DNA of 64,000 bases from the human T2T-CHM13v2.0 reference genome, Homo sapiens: the NCBI RefSeq assembly GCF_009914755.1, contig NC_060925.1. One strand, 5' to 3'. The stretch's first letter is position 1, and every line of letters begins with the position of its first letter. The notes below the pieces were generated by a model. That model was not told where the DNA came from, did no database searches, and saw nothing but the letters and a program-made list of their open reading frames with translations. The position numbers and the translations under genes were made by a program. Of this stretch, positions 21,053 through 35,633 are shown piece after piece.

Positions 21053-21662
21053 TTACTCATTGTTCATAGGAGAAGGTTAGGCAGGAAAATGTAGAAATCA
21101 CATCAGTTTGAGCTATAGGTCAGTATCCAGATGTTCATGTTAAAAGTAGAAACACAATTCAGGCCAGGAGAATAGATTTTAAAAATCTGTTATGGCAAAT
21201 AGGGTAGTCTACATGGGCACATGAGGATTCATGATCTGGGAGATCAGGCAACAGGAATCAGGGACTTAGGTGGAAAGTCTGAATGCAGGAGGAGGTAAAA
21301 CCAGCCCCAAGAACCCTTTGTATTAGTTACAGTGGGGATGGGGACATAAAGTGAAGATCTTAGATAAGGATCAAATTATTCCAAGAATGGAGCTCCATGG
21401 TCTTTCATTGGGCCTAGAATTGAGATTAGTATTTAGCTCAAAGATGGGGGTGGGGGATAGTGGTAGAATCAATGACCAAGTATGGTGTGAACTAATAGGC
21501 ACTTACCATTAGTTAACATAACTAGGGAATAAAGATCCTTTAAGCATATTTGAGAATATTAAAATGAACATTGGGATCTCAAAAAATTTAACATTTATAC
21601 TTAGGTTTGTCTTTTTTTGTTCTCAAAGTAAACTGATGTGTAGTTTTAAAAAGAAAATTGTA

Positions 21663-22560
<898 letters not shown>

Positions 22561-23369
22561 AATTGTATACTAGAAGCTCCTAAAGAGGTTAGTGGTCATT
22601 AATGAAAGCACTAGATAAAGCACTTTGTGTTTACATAGGCATAACTGAATATCTGCTGATTGTTCAAAACCTTTAGAGTTGATCTTATTAGATTCTGTCA
22701 TTCCATTGTTTAAGGTTTTTTCCATTCTGGTTTTATTCTAAAAGTAACTTAGAATACAGCTAAATTCTCAAGATGGGATGAACTGTATCCTCTTTGCTTA
22801 CCTTTTCAATCTCATTTCCCTACCACTCTTGCCCCTGGCTCACTAGGTTCCAGACATGTTGCCCTTCTTTCAGGTATGTGGAACTGCTAGACTTTCTCCT
22901 AAGTCAGGTCATTGCACAGGCTTTTCCCTGAATGGAAGGCATTTCAGTTTACTCTTTCCCTGGATGGCTTCTGTTCATCTTTTAGGCCTGTTTAAATGTT
23001 ACACCCTTAGACATCCCTAAACGCATTTATGCCCCCTTTGTAATTCTCTCCTAGTAACTTTTCTTCATTGCTTTTCATGTAACTGTAATTGTGTATTTGC
23101 ACTTTAGGTGTTCAGTGGTGGCCACTCCCATTACAATGTGACCTCTACCAGATGGGAGGACATTATGGATTTTTTCATGACTGAAGCTCGGGCACAGGAA
23201 AATGAGTTAAAATCCAATAAAGTGAGAGAAGGCAGAAGAGGCAAATTGAGAGAATTAAAAACACCTTTCAAAGAATTGCAGTCTCACAACTTTTTGGGGG
23301 AGGGCAAAGTGCTTTATTACATCTAAATGGTCCCAGATTGAGTCTTCTCTTCATGAGCGATCAAGAAGC

Positions 23370-24200
23370 TCTAGGATGTGCAGAAGTTGGAGCCCTCATA
23401 CCTTGCTGGTGGGAATGCAAAATGGTGTAGCCGCTTTGGAAGTTTGGTAGTTCCTCAAAAAGCTAAACAGCATGACTCAATAATTCCACTCCTAGGTATC
23501 TAACAGAAATGAAAACATTTGCACACAAAAGTTGTACATGAAAGAGTACAGCTGCATTCATAATAGCAAAAACAAAAACAAAAAAATCCCCAAATGTCTA
23601 CCAAATAATAAATAAAATGTGGTATATCCATACAAGGGAATGTTGTTCAACTATAAAAAGGAATGAAGTATACGCTATACTAAGGATAAGCTGTGAAGAC
23701 ATGCTAAGTGAAAGATGCCAGACAAAAGGCCTAAGTGATAATTCATTTATACAAACTGTGCATAATAGGGACATCTAGAGACAGAAAGTAGATTAGTGGT
23801 TGCCCAGTGCTGGGGAAGTAGGTGTGAGGGTGACCATTAATAGATATAGGGTTTTTTGGGGGTGATAAAATGTTCTAAATTTAAATTGTGGTGATAGTTC
23901 CACAATTCTGAATATCAGGTTGAGCATTCCTAATCTGAAAATTTGAAATCCAAAAAGCTCCTAAATCTGAAACTTTTTGGGCATCGACATGACACTCAAG
24001 GGAAATGCTCACTACAGCATTTCAGATTTTTGGATTAGGAATGTTCAACTGATAATACACGTACCTCCAAATCTGAAATTCAAAACACTTCTGTCCCAAG
24101 CATTTTGGATCAGGGATACTCAACCTGTCTTAAAAAGTCATTGACTTGTACACTCCAAATGGGTCAACTTTTTATGTGAATTATATCTCAATAAAAATGT
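23370..24200 (+). mobile_element. Old L1M (L1MB/MC-like) 3' fragment
   Basis: gctggtgggaatgcaaaatggtgtagccgctttggaag...gagacagaaagtagattagtggttgcc...gaattatatctcaataaa. Confidence 0.75.
23917..24127. mobile_element. Tigger4/MER46-like MITE
   Basis: Terminal inverted repeats caggttgagcattcc ... gggatactcaacctg. Confidence 0.75.
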
Positions 24201-24203
24201 TTA

Positions 24204-24523
<320 letters not shown>

Positions 24524-24527
24524 AGTG

Positions 24528-25115
24528 ACAGATGACTCTTGTTACCTATGGTAAAGTCCTTGGAGCCATTGAAGTAGTGAATGCTGAACCACTGCTTCCA
24601 GGAAAAATAGAGAGGTTCCTGGGAGACTCTCATCACTGACTTCCGTCAGTCAACCAACATGTAACATTGTTTTTACGTTGTTTCTGTTTAAAGATATATT
24701 ATTTTATATTAATATATTAAAATTGAATGGCCAATAGCACTGTAACTCATGCCTGAATAAAGCTATCTGAAACACTTATTTTTTCTGGGAGGTCTTCTTG
24801 TACTCAGAATGCCAGATAGCACTTTATTACTAAGCTTGGGGTCATTTTAAACAGTAAAACCCCAACAAAAAGGAGAAAAATGTGAAATATGTGGCACTAA
24901 ATACTGTTAAAAGGACACTCATTTGTAGTATGAGAGTTGAAACAATGGTGTCACCTTGTTCGACCTCAGCTGGGAACATGTAGGTTGGGCACTCAAATAT
25001 TTGGATGCTCTGTGCATACTGTGAATGACTATGGAAGTGCTGTATTACGGGGTTACAAAGACATTTTAGCAAACTGGTGAATTCAAAAAGGGAATCTGTG
25101 AAAAATGACGAAAAA
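24528..25115. mobile_element. MER82-like TcMar-Tigger element
   Basis: Recalled MER82 motifs gcactgtaactcatgcctgaa, ttgttcgacctcagctgggaaca and ggggttacaaa. Confidence 0.55.
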
Positions 25116-26656
25116 ATATATGATAAAAACCATTTCTATCAAAAAAAATTTTTTTTTTAAGTTCTGAATTTCAAGGTCTAAACTTCAACCTCTTCATACG
25201 GCTGGATAGATAAAATACAGTATTTGAGATACATGTTCAGGACTGGTTAAAAGGAAAAGTCTGTTTTAGAGACTTTAATCCTTAGTTTTATTCTTTCAGT
25301 ATTTCTTCATAACCATGTTTCAGGCTGATTCCTGAGTCAAGGGACAGTTCAAAGGTTAAAGTGTTGTTTGTATTTCATCAGCAAAAGTCTATTTTGAATT
25401 TTTGATCACAAATGCAGGACCTATCCTCCCCATAAAGAGTCCTCTGCCACAACAGGATTTAATTAAAAGGCACTTTAATTTTCAAATAAAAGAAATACTT
25501 ACATCTGATATGTAAGTATACTTGTATCTGGACTATATATATCTGTAATAAGTTGCTCATATCTGGAATCTGTACTCTTACTTCCCATGTATTTGTACAT
25601 ATTTTCATATACTAGCTACTACCAATTTTAATGTCTAAAGTTATTTGCAGTATTTGGTTTCAAAATTTTTATTAATTTTAGAATGGCTTTCAAGCCTCAA
25701 CTCCTCTTAAAACAGAAAATGTCAGTTCTTGCTCATAGCTCCTTGTAAGAGGTTTTTGCCAAATTCAGAAATTTAGAGATAAATTAACTGCATTAGGTTA
25801 TAAGTAACATAATTTTGGCAGGGGGAGCAGTCATAAATATCAAATGACTATTACACATCATGTTTGTGATTATGAATAAGCTTAATCAAATGTCTGACTT
25901 TGGCTACAAAATGGTACTTTTTGGATCAGTATTTATACCCCTTTATTGGTAATCAGCAGTTTTGTTTCTTTAAAAAGATGTTCTTTGATTATAATTGGTG
26001 AAATACAATTGGAATTGGCTGGTTAACTTGAACTTCCCAATTAAAACAGTGGGGCTTTGGTAGACACTTTTATTCATCAGCTTGAGAACTTGGAAGCACT
26101 AAGATACTGTGGGGCTCTTCAGCCTCTTTGATCTCTCATAATAACTTGAATACAATAGACTTTTTAGGCATCTCTTCACTTAAAAAAAAAAAAAATACAA
26201 ACTCAATGCCAGATACTCATTCAACTAGCTCTTCCTGCCTAGAAACCAGTCCAATTAGTTCTCTATGCTAATCGCAGAAGTTTTGAAGTTTCATTCTTCA
26301 GTCCCACTATTCTTTTGTATGTGGTGGCAACTCCTCTCTTGTTGTTTTTTCCACTGTCTGTAACTAGCTTATTCTTCCTCTTGTTCTAAACTAGTAATAA
26401 CCAGTGGGGATTAGTGGCACATTTAACCAGGGCCTTGTACTATCAAAATGATGGCCCTCTCCACTGCTATGGGTGATCAAAAGTAGACCACAGTCTGCCA
26501 GGATTTCTTATTTTATTTTGATTAGCCAAATTACTCAGGGCTTATATTCATTATCTTGCTGGCTTTAAAAATATATTTCTTAATTTTAAATATTACATAA
26601 CACAAACTGCTAGTAAATATTAGTAACTCATCTCTATTCAAAATAAATGCTTTATA

Positions 26657-27034
<378 letters not shown>

Positions 27035-27449
27035 TTAATTCAAAATCAACAGCGAAGTTTCTAGATTATGAAGAATTTATCCTGAGGTAAAGCCGACATA
27101 ATAGAATATTAGACCAATTTGATCTTATGAAGAAGTCACTTTGAACCACACAGAAGGTTAAGCAAAGAAAAATCATTTTTAATATAAAAATTCTATATCA
27201 AGAGATATTCCTTAAATAATATACCAATGAAAATGTGTTCATAAATGAAAAAACTTTGAAAAATAAAATCAGACAAATATAAAGCACTATTACCAACAAT
27301 AAGATGTTATAAGTTTTAAATATTACAGCCATTTTTATATTTTGGCTAAAAAAAGGGCTTACATGAAAAAAATGCATTGAAAAACATCATTTTTAAACAT
27401 GAAAGAACAAACCAGAAGAATTCCAAATTCAGATAGATTTTTGAAACTT

Positions 27450-27455
27450 TTTATT
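27450..27455 (-). terminator. Polyadenylation signal AATAAA (proximal)
   Basis: tttatt on the + strand about 60 nt 3' of the SECIS, followed by U-rich downstream sequence. Confidence 0.75.
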
Positions 27456-27513
27456 TATATTTTGGTCTTACAAATGATCACTTTTAAATGGACTTTTCTG
27501 TAAGAATGTAAAA

Positions 27514-27600
27514 CTCAAAAATTTGCCAAGTATGTATCTGATCCACACAAATCCTTAGAAAGGTTTTCTGTGTAGTCTTCATTAACGCAAATCTTTGTGA
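27514..27600 (-). promoter_or_regulatory. SECIS element (type 2) directing Sec insertion
   Basis: Helix I is AGAUUUGC (27594-27587) with GCAAAUUU (27526-27519). The core is AUGA (27582-27579) opposite GA (27538-27537). Helix II is GACUACACAG/UUGUGUGG(A)UC. AAAA (27567-27564) sits 11 nt after AUGA, and there is an apical mini-stem CCU(U)/(A)AGG. Confidence 0.95.
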
Positions 27601-28186
27601 ATGTTTCACTCTTACTGTAGGATCTTGAATATGTTTTACAATAATGAAGCTACAAAGTTTTTATGCAGTGCATTCATTGTAAACTATAAATAACATTTGT
27701 ATTAAAAAGAAAGCTGGGTAATACAAAAATAGGAGAGACTCTGAGGAGCAGGCAATCTGTTGAGGCTCAGTATATCTTATTTGCTTTGTAGTCTGCTGTC
27801 ATTCCTTTCAAAGAGCACACAGCACATGAGGCATAGTAATCATCTGTCTTGTTAACCTCTCTAATTTAAAAATCTGTTGTTCGTAAAACTGGACCAATTA
27901 TCACAAACTATCATTTGCATAATTAACCGCAAGTCTGTTACAAAGCATTTTGTTAGTGGTATCAACAAATGCAGGAGGATGGACATTTATAAAAAATGGG
28001 TTTTGTTAAGCTTGCCAACTCCTTAGATATCATGGACTATACTGCCATTTCACGATTTAATTAGATATTTAATGCCTCAAGTAAAAGACTGATCAATGGA
28101 AGCAAGCAAAACTAAATTATTTTCTAGGTGCTGTAATATTTCATTTGATAAGGTAACAAAAGGATAGGACAAAATTTAAGCAAGAT

Positions 28187-28318
28187 TTATATGCGTTCCA
28201 ACTTTTCACTCAGGAATTCTTCTACACTGTCTGTGTTCCATTTGAGAATGCTCAGTTCTTCAGCAATGTTCCCATTGTCGTCCAAAAGCTTTAATACAGG
28301 GTCTGAACCACGGACATA
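28187..28318 (-). CDS. SELENOF: Selenoprotein F last coding exon: YVRGSDPVLKLLDDNGNIAEELSILKWNTDSVEEFLSEKLERI* (C-terminal part of the thioredoxin-like Sep15/SelM fold)
   Basis: ttttttgtag|TATGTCCGT..., 43 codons plus TAA at 28187-28189. Matches the known SEP15 C-terminus. Confidence 0.97.
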   Translation of the reverse strand, partial: YVRGSDPVLKLLDDNGNIAEELSILKWNTDSVEEFLSEKLERI

Positions 28319-28522
28319 CTACAAAAAAGAGGGACGTCATCATTACTTTCTGTTCAGAAACAACCTTCTCAGCCTCATCTAAGACAAAGCAATTCAATCC
28401 AGTTTAAATTTAGTAATTAAAAAAAGGCTTTTAGACATGACAATAAACAAGTCTTAAAGGAAATCTTTAAGGAGAAGAGTTTTACAGGATTTCGGAAAAA
28501 AAGGAGAATTAAAAAAATCACT

Positions 28523-28655
28523 CATTCATTCATTCATTCATGAGAAAGGGTCTTGCTCTGTCACCCAGGCTGCAGTGTAGTGGCACAATCTCAGCTCACT
28601 GCAACCTCCACCTCCCGATTTCAAGTGATCCTCCCACCTCAGCCTCCCTGGGACT
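28523..28655 (-). mobile_element. Alu right-arm fragment with (TCAT)n tail
   Basis: Partial arm. Confidence 0.8.
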
Positions 28656-29289
28656 AGAAGCAAGTGAAATTACTTTACTTTTAAAGAGAAAAATATCTAT
28701 TAGTAGCAAGACAGTTTATTGGGGATTTGAGCTTATTATTGAAATTAACAAGTATGTAATGCCCACATGATACTCTCAAATGAACTTAAAATTGAATGGA
28801 GGCAGACAAGTTCAAAATAGTTGAGAAAATGATGGTATAAGAGCAATGTTTTAAAATACGCTGTGCATATAAATTTGCAGACACAGAATCAATCACATAC
28901 TGGATCATACATTTTTCTTGGCTTAACAAATCTAATGATTTTATTTGTAATCAGTTTAGAATTAGGCTGGGTTCCTGAAACTTCAAATCCATTAGTTGGG
29001 TCCAATATTTCTCCAGAGAGCTCTGAGAAATTCTAATTCTGGGTAAATGTGACAACAGCCATTCATTAAGAGATCAAATATCCAATTTTAAATTAAGTAG
29101 CATTGGATAACTAACAATGTAGTTATGTAGTTCGGCAGTGATGACAGAGTTCTTAGAACTTCTTCCGGAATTATGCTTCAGTTTATCTAGGGTATTCTGG
29201 GGTTGTGAACTCCAAAGATGGAGACTAGCTCAGATGTGATTATTAACACTTGGTATATTCCCAACCCATTTGTGGAGTTTAGAAAATAG

Positions 29290-29645
<356 letters not shown>

Positions 29646-30616
29646 GTCAGGTTACTTCTTAAGTTAAGGATTTTTTTTTTCTTTTTTGCTTGGATTTGAG
29701 ATCCCAATATTTAAAAATGTTTATTTATTAAAAAACTTATTATAATCCCAAAAGGAAATAAGAAATTAGATATAATATAGTTGTAAAAATCCTCAACAAA
29801 ATATTAGCAGTCAAATCCAGCAATGTGTATAAGGAATTATATGCCACAATCAGTTGCAAAACACCTATCTGATAAAGAACTTGTATTCAAAATATACAAA
29901 GAACTCTTAAAGCTCAGCTTACCAAACAAACAAACAAACAAACAAAAAACCTCAATTTAAAAGTAGGCAAAAAAACAAAAACAGTAACAGGACCACTCAA
30001 ACTTATAAACTTCAGTGCATCAAATGAAACAATGAACAGAATGAAAAGACAACCCAGAGAAGGGGAGAAAATATTTGCAAATCATATATATCTGATAAAG
30101 GTTTAATATCCAGAATAGATGGAACCTCCACAACTTAACAACAACAACCAAAAATCCCAATTATAAAATGGGCAAAGGACTTGAATAAACAATGTTCTAA
30201 AGAAGATAAACAAATGGTCAACAAAGTGTTCAACACCATTTATTTTAAGAGAAATGCAAATCAAAGCCACAGTGAGACAGTACCTCATACCTATTAGGAT
30301 GGCTACTACCAAAAAACAGAAAATAACAAGTGTTGACAAGGATATAGAGATATTGGAACACTTGTGCCCTGTTGGTGGGACTGTAAAATGGTGAAGTCAT
30401 TACGGAAAACAGTATAGAGGTTCCTCAAAAAATTAAAAATAGAATTACCATATGATCCAGCAATTCCACTTCTTGGAATATAGACTCAAAAGAACTAAGA
30501 AAAGGGCCTTGAAGAGGTATTTGCACACCCAAATGTCATAAAAGCATTATTTACAATAGCCAAGGGATGGAAGCAACTCAAATGTCCACTGATGGATGCA
30601 TGGGTAAAGAAAATGG

Positions 30617-30925
30617 GAGCTGGGCACAGTGGCTCATGCCTGTAAATCCCCGTTCTTTGGAAGGCTGAGGCAGGAGGATCGCCTGAGCCCAGGAATACAA
30701 GACCAGCTTAGGCAACATAGCAAGACCCTATCTCTATAAAAAAATAAAAAAAATTAGCTGGTAATGTTGGTGTGTACCTGTGGTCTCAGAATCTTGGGAG
30801 GCTGAGGTGGCGGGATTGCTTGAGCCTTAGAGGGTGAGGATGCAGTGAGCTGTGATCACATCACTGCCTTCCAGCCTGGGTGACAGAGTAAGACCATGTC
30901 CAAAAAAAAAAAAAAAAAAAAAAAA
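30617..30925 (+). mobile_element. AluJ-like
   Basis: Diverged dimer inside L1. Confidence 0.88.
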
Positions 30926-30935
30926 GTGTGTGTCT

Positions 30936-30975
<40 letters not shown>
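30926..30975. repeat. (TG)n microsatellite
   Basis: Directly visible; interrupted by (TC)n. Confidence 0.95.
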
Positions 30976-30977
<2 letters not shown>

Positions 30978-31914
30978 TGGAATACTACGCATTCTTAAAA
31001 AGGAAGGAAATCCTGTCACACAATACAACATGGATGAACCCTGATCCAAGTAAATCAGTCACAAGGACAAATACTATATGATTCCACTCATAGTAAGTAT
31101 CTGAAGTAGTCAAAACTATAGAAACAGAAAACAGGTAGTTGTCACGGGCTGGCAGGAGGGCGGGGGTGGTGGTGGGCACAGAAAGATAAAATTAAGTGTT
31201 TAATGGGCATAGAGTTTCAGTTTCACAAGATGAAAAAGTTATAGAGAACTGTTACAGAACAATGTGAAAATACTTAATACTGGACTGTAGTACACTTAAA
31301 ATTGGTTAAGATTGTACATTTAATATTTTTTACCACAATTTAAAAAAAGAGGGCAAAAGATCTGAACAGACATCTCACCAAAGACACACAGATGGCAAAT
31401 AAACACATGAAAAGATATTCAAATCATGTATCATTAGGGAATTGCAAATTAAAATAACAATGAAATATCATCACATACTTATTAGAACAACTAAAATCCA
31501 AAACAGTAACAATACCTAAAGCTGGTGAGGATGTGGAGCAATAGGACCTCTTAATCACTGCTAGGGCAAATGCAACATGATGTCATCACTTTGGAAGACA
31601 GTTTTGCAGTTTCTTACAAAGTTAAACAATCTTAACTGTATGACCCAGCAATTGCACTCAGTTATTTACCTCAATGAGTTGAAAACTTATGTGTACACAG
31701 AAATTACACAAAAATATTTATATTAGCTTTACTCAAAATTGCCCCAAATTGGAAGCAATCAAGATGTCCTTCCACAGGTGAATGACAAAACTGGTAATAA
31801 CGAGTAATATTCAGTAATAAGAAGCCAATCTGAAAAGGCTACATATTGTATGGTTCCAAATATATAACATTCTGGAAAAGGCAAAATTATAGAGATAATA
31901 AAAAAATCAGTGGT

Positions 31915-32201
31915 GGCCAGGCGCAGTGGCTCACACCTGTAATATTACCCAGCACTTTGGGAGGCTGGGGCAGGTGGATCACTTGAGGTCAGGAGTTTGA
32001 GACCAGCCTGACCAATGTGGCGAAACCCCATCTCTACTAAAAATACAAAAAAACTAGCTGGGCATGGTGGCGTGCTCCTGTAATAAAGCTGCTCAGGAAG
32101 CTGAGACATGAGAATTGCTTGAACCCAGGAGGCGGAGGTTGCAGTGAACCAAGATGGTGCCACTGCACTCCAGCCTGGGCAACAGAGCAAGACTCCGTCT
32201 C

Positions 32202-32242
<41 letters not shown>
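31915..32242 (+). mobile_element. Alu (S family) with (AAC)n tail
   Basis: TSD aaatcagtggt. Confidence 0.92.
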
Positions 32243-32765
32243 ATCAGTGGTTGCCAGGGGGTGGGGAAGAGGGAGAGAAATGACCTGAACGTGTGAGGAT
32301 TGGAGATTTCTTAGGGCAGTGAAACTATTCTGTATGATACTGTAATGGTAGATATGTAATATTATGCATTTGGCAAAACTCCTATAATTATACAACACAA
32401 AGAATGAATGCTAATGCGAACTATTAAATTTAATTAATATATCAATATTGATTCATCAATTGTAACAAATGTACCACACCAATGCAAGATGTTACAACAG
32501 GAAAACTGAGGGTGGGGGTGGGGGCCAGGGAGTATATGGGAATACTCTTTCCTTTGCATTCAAATTTTCATAAACCTAAAAGTGCTCTAAAAAAATAAAG
32601 TCTATTAATTTAAAAAAATTATTTTTCAGTGAAATTAAAAATTTAAATTGATACATAATATTTGCACATGTTTATGGGGGAAACCATTTATTCAAATATT
32701 TACTTTAATTATAAAATAAAGAAATTAAGGCTGGAAAAAAGAGATCTCCACTACAATCACCTTAC

Positions 32766-32815
32766 CTTGATTTGCAGTCCTCTGAACAGTTTGGGTTTAT
32801 CACTCCTAACAAAAG
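32766..32815 (-). CDS. SELENOF: Selenoprotein F coding exon 4 (50 nt): (A)FVRSDKPKLFRGLQIK
   Basis: Polypyrimidine tract then ataag|CTTTTGTTAGG...CAAATCAAG|gtaag. Its phase-1 start fits the phase-1 end of exon 3, and it ends in phase 0. Confidence 0.97.
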
Positions 32816-32929
32816 CTTATAAAAAAAGAAAAAAAGATTCAGTAGTTCACTTCCAAATCCAAGCTAGCTAAAAAGATTAATATAAAAGTGGAAATAAACA
32901 ACAAATCAAACATTATATCCTATATGAAA

Positions 32930-34110
32930 AAACTAAGAAAATTTAAACATCTGTGGATAAATGGAGAGACATACCATATTCTCCAATATTTTAAGACACT
33001 AATTGTTTCAAATTAATAGAAATCCCAAATTCCAATAGGATTTTAAGGTTTGACAAAAGTGATAGACAGTACAGCTCAATTTTAAGAGTAATGTGTAAGA
33101 ATAGTCAGGGCAGTTTTTAAAAAGATATGGAGAGAGAATTTGTTCCATTGTTATTAATATACTATGTGATACTGATACCAGAACAGATAAAAGAATAGAA
33201 TAGGAAATTAAAAGAGATAAAAATGTCTGTAAGAATTTTTTAATGTGCTAAAGCTATCAAATCAGAGAGAGGGAGAGGGGAAGGGGAGAGGGAAAAAGAG
33301 ATATATGTTTGTCTGGCAGTGTGTATGAGTTACTCAATAAACACTTCTGAGAAAGGTGCCAAACTGTTTATAGAAAAAAAAAATCACAGAACTAATGAGT
33401 CATGATAACTGCTAAAAAGGAGAGGTTAAAAATACTACCAAAGCCTACAGCACAGAGAACTTACATAAATATGGAACACAAAAATCTACTCCTAAGCATG
33501 ACCCAAAAGGAAATGTTTTATAGATACGCCTATGTAAAAATGGAAACATCAGGACAGCAAAACACCACCATAAGCAAATTAAAAATAAAAATGATAAACT
33601 GAAGAAAATTATCTCTAACATCTAATATATAAAAGGGCTCTTACAAATAATTAAGAAAAAACACTATGTATAGCAATATGTACAAATATACAAATGGTCA
33701 ATAAACATTTGAAATAAATGTTCAACTTCACATATAATTGAAGAAATGCCATAACAATGAGGTACTCACATTCGGAATTACAAAGATTACAAAGAATACT
33801 AAAGGTTAGAGAGGGAACAGGGACAGGGATTTTGCTGGGAATGAGCTATGGGAGGAATATAAATAGGCACATCCTTCCTGAAGGGTATTTAGCAAAATCA
33901 ACCAAGAGTCTTAAAATGTACGTACTTTGTAAACCTGCAAGTACACTTCTAGGACTTTATTCTGAGGAAATAACTTATAAAAAGTCTCGTTAAACCAAGT
34001 CTGAAAATTTGGAAATAATCTAAATGTGTAAAACGATATTGGTTAAACAAATTAATATGTACCACATAATCATTGAAAAATTATGATCTATATTTAGTGA
34101 CAAAGAAAAC
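32930..34110 (+). mobile_element. Highly degenerate L1ME-like fragments
   Basis: A-rich L1-like motifs (ataaatggagagacataccat, aaatgttcaacttcac). Confidence 0.45.
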
Positions 34111-34392
34111 TTTTATGTGTAAAAAGCAAGGATTTTTCCTTTCTTTTTCAATTTGTTTCCTACTGTTGTTTTAAAAAGGCGAATATTTTCCCGTGCAAAT
34201 GAAAAAGCTCTAAACAAATCTTAAAATATATAAAGTGGTTCAAAAAATGTTTACTGTTATTATTTTAATAGAGGCCTATACATGGGGCATTTATTTGGGA
34301 AAGTTTTAAATGAATATTTTCCCGTTTTGGTTGTTATCAATCTATACTTTACCAATTTTCAATAATGATCATGCCTAATTAATTCAAATTAA

Positions 34393-34776
<384 letters not shown>

Positions 34777-35337
34777 TAATACATTTTTCTAAAATAAAAA
34801 CAATTGTTTCATTTAGATACTTGATCGTTAATACCAGTTATTGATCATTTGCATAATTCTCATCTTAGATTTTATAGTGACACACATGCTTTTGAGAACT
34901 TATTTTTACTTTAGAATTAGATAGCAATAGCACTATAGATTTGCTTCATTGTGAACGTCTTCACACATTTGACTCAAATATCTCACCTAATCCTCCCCTA
35001 CAAAATTTATTTCAAAATGAAACCAATTATGCTATTCTGGCTTATTAAAACATCATTTCTATTAACTTTATCCTTTAGGATTTTTCCAGATATTCTGCAA
35101 ACTCCTGAATCCCCAAACAAAAATGATCTTATGATTTTTATTGCCTTTTATGCTGTTCCTCTGGCAAATGCTATTTGCATGTCTGTGCAAAATACTATGT
35201 AACACGCAGTAACTGTGTCTACATGCCTTCTCTACTACATACGAAACCTTCTGGTAAAAGGACTATTTTTATACATATATTTTTGGATCCATAACAGAGC
35301 TTAGCATACTTAATAAATAGTTCACTTATTAAAAATA

Positions 35338-35633
35338 TTTTTTTTTTTTTGAGACGGAGTCTTGCTCTGTCGCCCAGGCTGGAGTGCAGTGGCGCGATCT
35401 CGGCGCACTGCAAGCTCCGCCTTCCTGGGTTCACGCCATTCTCCTGCCTCAGCCTCCCCAGCAGCTGGGACTACAGGCACCCGCCACCACGCACAGCTAA
35501 TTTTTTTTTATTTTTAGTAGAGACGGGGTTTCACCGTGTTAGCCAGGATGGTCTCAATCTCCTGACCTCGTGATCTGCCCACCTCGGCCTCCCAAAGTGC
35601 TGGGATTACAGGCGTGAGCCACTGTGCCCGGCC
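35338..35633 (-). mobile_element. AluY
   Basis: Full dimer. Confidence 0.92.

Larger units (their letters stand above)
27430..28186 (-). other. SELENOF: SELENOF 3'UTR (to the proximal poly(A) site; may extend to about 27160)
   Basis: Repeat-free AT-rich sequence after the TAA, containing the SECIS and an AATAAA at 27450-27455. The cleavage position is estimated. Confidence 0.8.
29745..32620 (+). mobile_element. L1M fragments (L1MB/MC-like), antisense to SELENOF, intron 4
   Basis: Degenerate ORF2-end and 3'UTR motifs (gaaaatatttgcaaatcat, aatagaattaccatatgatccagcaattccact), interrupted by Alus and (TG)n. Confidence 0.8.

Noticed and set aside
22860-22880. cttctttcag|gtatgt zero-length (recursive-splice-like) site on the + strand
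   Set aside because: No + strand host gene is evident, and it appears to lie in degenerate L2-like sequence.
27830-27920. A second SECIS-like structure in the 3'UTR
   Set aside because: ATGA/GTGA motifs are present, but I could not build a convincing helix II with a correctly spaced AA and GA by eye.
28191-28382. + strand 63-aa ORF overlapping the last SELENOF exon
   Set aside because: Antisense shadow of the real coding exon; no independent evidence.
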